Assembly (NCBI GenBank): GCA_965198175.1
Contig: OZ240245.1
Location: 2,624,001 to 2,688,000, forward strand
Length of the DNA: 64,000 nucleotides
DNA from: Candidatus Poribacteria bacterium
GTDB lineage: Bacteria > Poribacteria > WGA-4E > PCPOR2b
Direction: 5' to 3'
Below are positions 62,383-64,000 of the stretch, piece by piece. The position numbers and the translations under genes were made by a program. Each line of letters opens with the position of its first letter. Positions within the stretch are counted from its first letter, which is position 1. Below the pieces are notes generated by a model, which was given only the letters and a program-made list of their open reading frames with translations, searched no databases and had not been told where the DNA came from.

Positions 62383-64000
62383 ATGAGCAAACCACTAAAG
62401 ACGTTCATTACCCATTCGCATGACGACAAACAGAAAAAGAAAAAATTGAGGACGTGTCTTGCTGTAATGGAGCGGGATGGCAAGCTAGAACTTTGGGACG
62501 ATGATGACATCACCGCGGGTGGAAAAGCGTGTCAGGAAGACATTCTCAAGGAAGTTGCTGATTCAGACATTCTGCTCTATCTCGTCTCCGCGGATAGTCT
62601 GGCCTCTGAAAACTGCAACAAGGAATTGACCGAGGCCGTGAGGGCAGAAAAACGAGTCATCCCCATCATCCTTGAGAGTTGTGATTGGCTGAATGATCGA
62701 CTCAGCGACTTTGAAGTTCTTCCCGACAAAGGCAAGCCCATAAACAGATGGCAACCTCACAGCGATGGTTGGCAAAATGTGGTTGATGGAATCCGAAGAA
62801 CCATTGAAGAAATGCAAACTCAGGCGGCTCCGCCGTCCCGTGCGACCGAAGAAGGAATGCGTGCTAAATCGGCGCTCCAACAAGGAAACGTTCTCATGAT
62901 GATTGGGCAAATAGACAGGGCGATAGAAGCCTACTCACGTGCAATTGAACTGAACCATGACTATGCCGCAGCCTATAACAATCGCGGTGTGGCTCACGGT
63001 GCAAAGGGTGATTCTGACCGTGCTTTTGTAGACTTTGATAAAGCGATACGCCTAAACCCCAATTATGCCGATGTCTATAACAATCGCGGTGTGGTTCACG
63101 AGGCAAAGGGTGATTCTGACCATGCCATCGCAGACTATACCAAAGCGATAGCCCTGAAACGCAATTATGCTGAAGCTTATAACAATCGCGGCAATATTTA
63201 CAGTAAGAAGGGTGAACCTGACCGTGCCACTGCAGACTATGCTAAGGCGATAAACCTGAAGCCTGATTATGCCGATGCCTATCACAATCGCGGCAATGCT
63301 TACAGCAATGGAGACGATTGGGATCGCGCCATCCTGGACTTCACCAAAGCAATAGCCCTAAATCCCAATGATGCCGAAGCTTATAACCGTCGCGGTATAG
63401 CTTACGGCAAAAAGGGTGATTCTGACCGCGCCATTGTAGACTTTAACAAAGCGATAGCCCTAAATCCCAATGATGCCGCTGCTTATAACAATCGCGGTAT
63501 AGCTTACGGCAAAAAGGGTGATTCTGACCGCGCCATCGCAGACTATACCAAAGCGATAGCCCTGAAATCCGATTATGCCGATGCCTATCACAATCGCGGC
63601 AATGCTTACAATGATGCGCACGATTGGGATCGCGCCATCGCGGACTTCACCAAAACGATACACCTAAATCCCAATGATGCCGAAGCCTATCACAATCGTG
63701 GTGCGGCTTACGGTAACAAAGGTGATGTTGACCGTACCATCGAAGATTCGAACAGAGCAATAGAATTGAAACCTGATTTTGCCGCTGCTTATAACAACCG
63801 TGGTGTGGCTTACCGCAAGAAAGGCGATGTTGACCGTACCATTCAAGACTTGAACAAAGCGATAGACCTAAATCCCGAGTATGCTGATGCGTATAACAAT
63901 CGCGGTATAGCTTACGGCATGAAGGGCGATCATGCCCGCGCCATAGCAGACTTGGACAAAGCGATAAATCTTAACCCAGATTATACTGAGGCCTATATTA
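62383..64000 (+). CDS. TIR-domain + TPR-repeat protein (3' end beyond window)
   Basis: Absent from the ORF track. Manual translation: MSKPLKTFITHSHDD...LWDD...DILLYLVSADSLASENCNKEL...VIPIILESCDW (TIR_2-like with conserved Glu), then about ten TPR units 'AYNNRG.AY..KGD.DRAI.D..KAI.L.P'. Confidence 0.9.
   Translation, partial: MSKPLKTFITHSHDDKQKKKKLRTCLAVMERDGKLELWDDDDITAGGKACQEDILKEVADSDILLYLVSADSLASENCNKELTEAVRAEKRVIPIILESCDWLNDRLSDFEVLPDKGKPINRWQPHSDGWQNVVDGIRRTIEEMQTQAAPPSRATEEGMRAKSALQQGNVLMMIGQIDRAIEAYSRAIELNHDYAAAYNNRGVAHGAKGDSDRAFVDFDKAIRLNPNYADVYNNRGVVHEAKGDSDHAIADYTKAIALKRNYAEAYNNRGNIYSKKGEPDRATADYAKAINLKPDYADAYHNRGNAYSNGDDWDRAILDFTKAIALNPNDAEAYNRRGIAYGKKGDSDRAIVDFNKAIALNPNDAAAYNNRGIAYGKKGDSDRAIADYTKAIALKSDYADAYHNRGNAYNDAHDWDRAIADFTKTIHLNPNDAEAYHNRGAAYGNKGDVDRTIEDSNRAIELKPDFAAAYNNRGVAYRKKGDVDRTIQDLNKAIDLNPEYADAYNNRGIAYGMKGDHARAIADLDKAINLNPDYTEAYI

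Noticed and set aside
1..64000. Genome-wide TGA reassignment (code 4 or 25) as an explanation for the in-frame TGAs
   Set aside because: purL, ugd, the ABC ATPase and others end at TGA at their expected C-termini, and Trp is encoded by TGG.
62900..64000. Regularly spaced repeats resembling a CRISPR array
   Set aside because: They have a 102-bp coding periodicity of TPR units with no unique spacers, and no cas genes are present.

Overview
Bacterial window whose gene content points to Candidatus Poribacteria or a similar host-associated organism (inference). It has long TPR proteins at both ends (one with an N-terminal TIR domain) and secreted LamG, Kelch and FG-GAP proteins. Several secreted proteins share a C-terminal 'V-S-P-x-G-K-L-x-x-x-W-G-x-I-K' tail. 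There are also three large DUF6785/DUF6784-like membrane proteins, a PorV-like barrel, housekeeping genes (purL, ugd, an SHMT homologue, a flavin disulfide reductase) and a frameshifted type IIG restriction-modification gene. The main result is two probable exported selenoproteins that the ORF track truncates. One is a rhodanese (12240-12728, -) with two in-frame TGA codons at both Cys positions of the YCSCP motif (Y-U-S-U-P), followed by a SECIS-like hairpin. The other is an uncharacterised protein (32010-32684, +) with a C-Y-D-U-L-C motif, divergent from a diheme cytochrome gene. The 38-54 kb region is a dynamic glycan-binding/uptake-like locus with an ISL3-bounded duplication, four LamG paralogues with mosaic central loops, LamG gene remnants and three paralogues of an uncharacterised enzyme-like family. 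Intergenic DNA holds several REP-like families and degenerate attC-like sites. No rRNA, tRNA or CRISPR array was seen. All family assignments come from motif recognition, not database searches.
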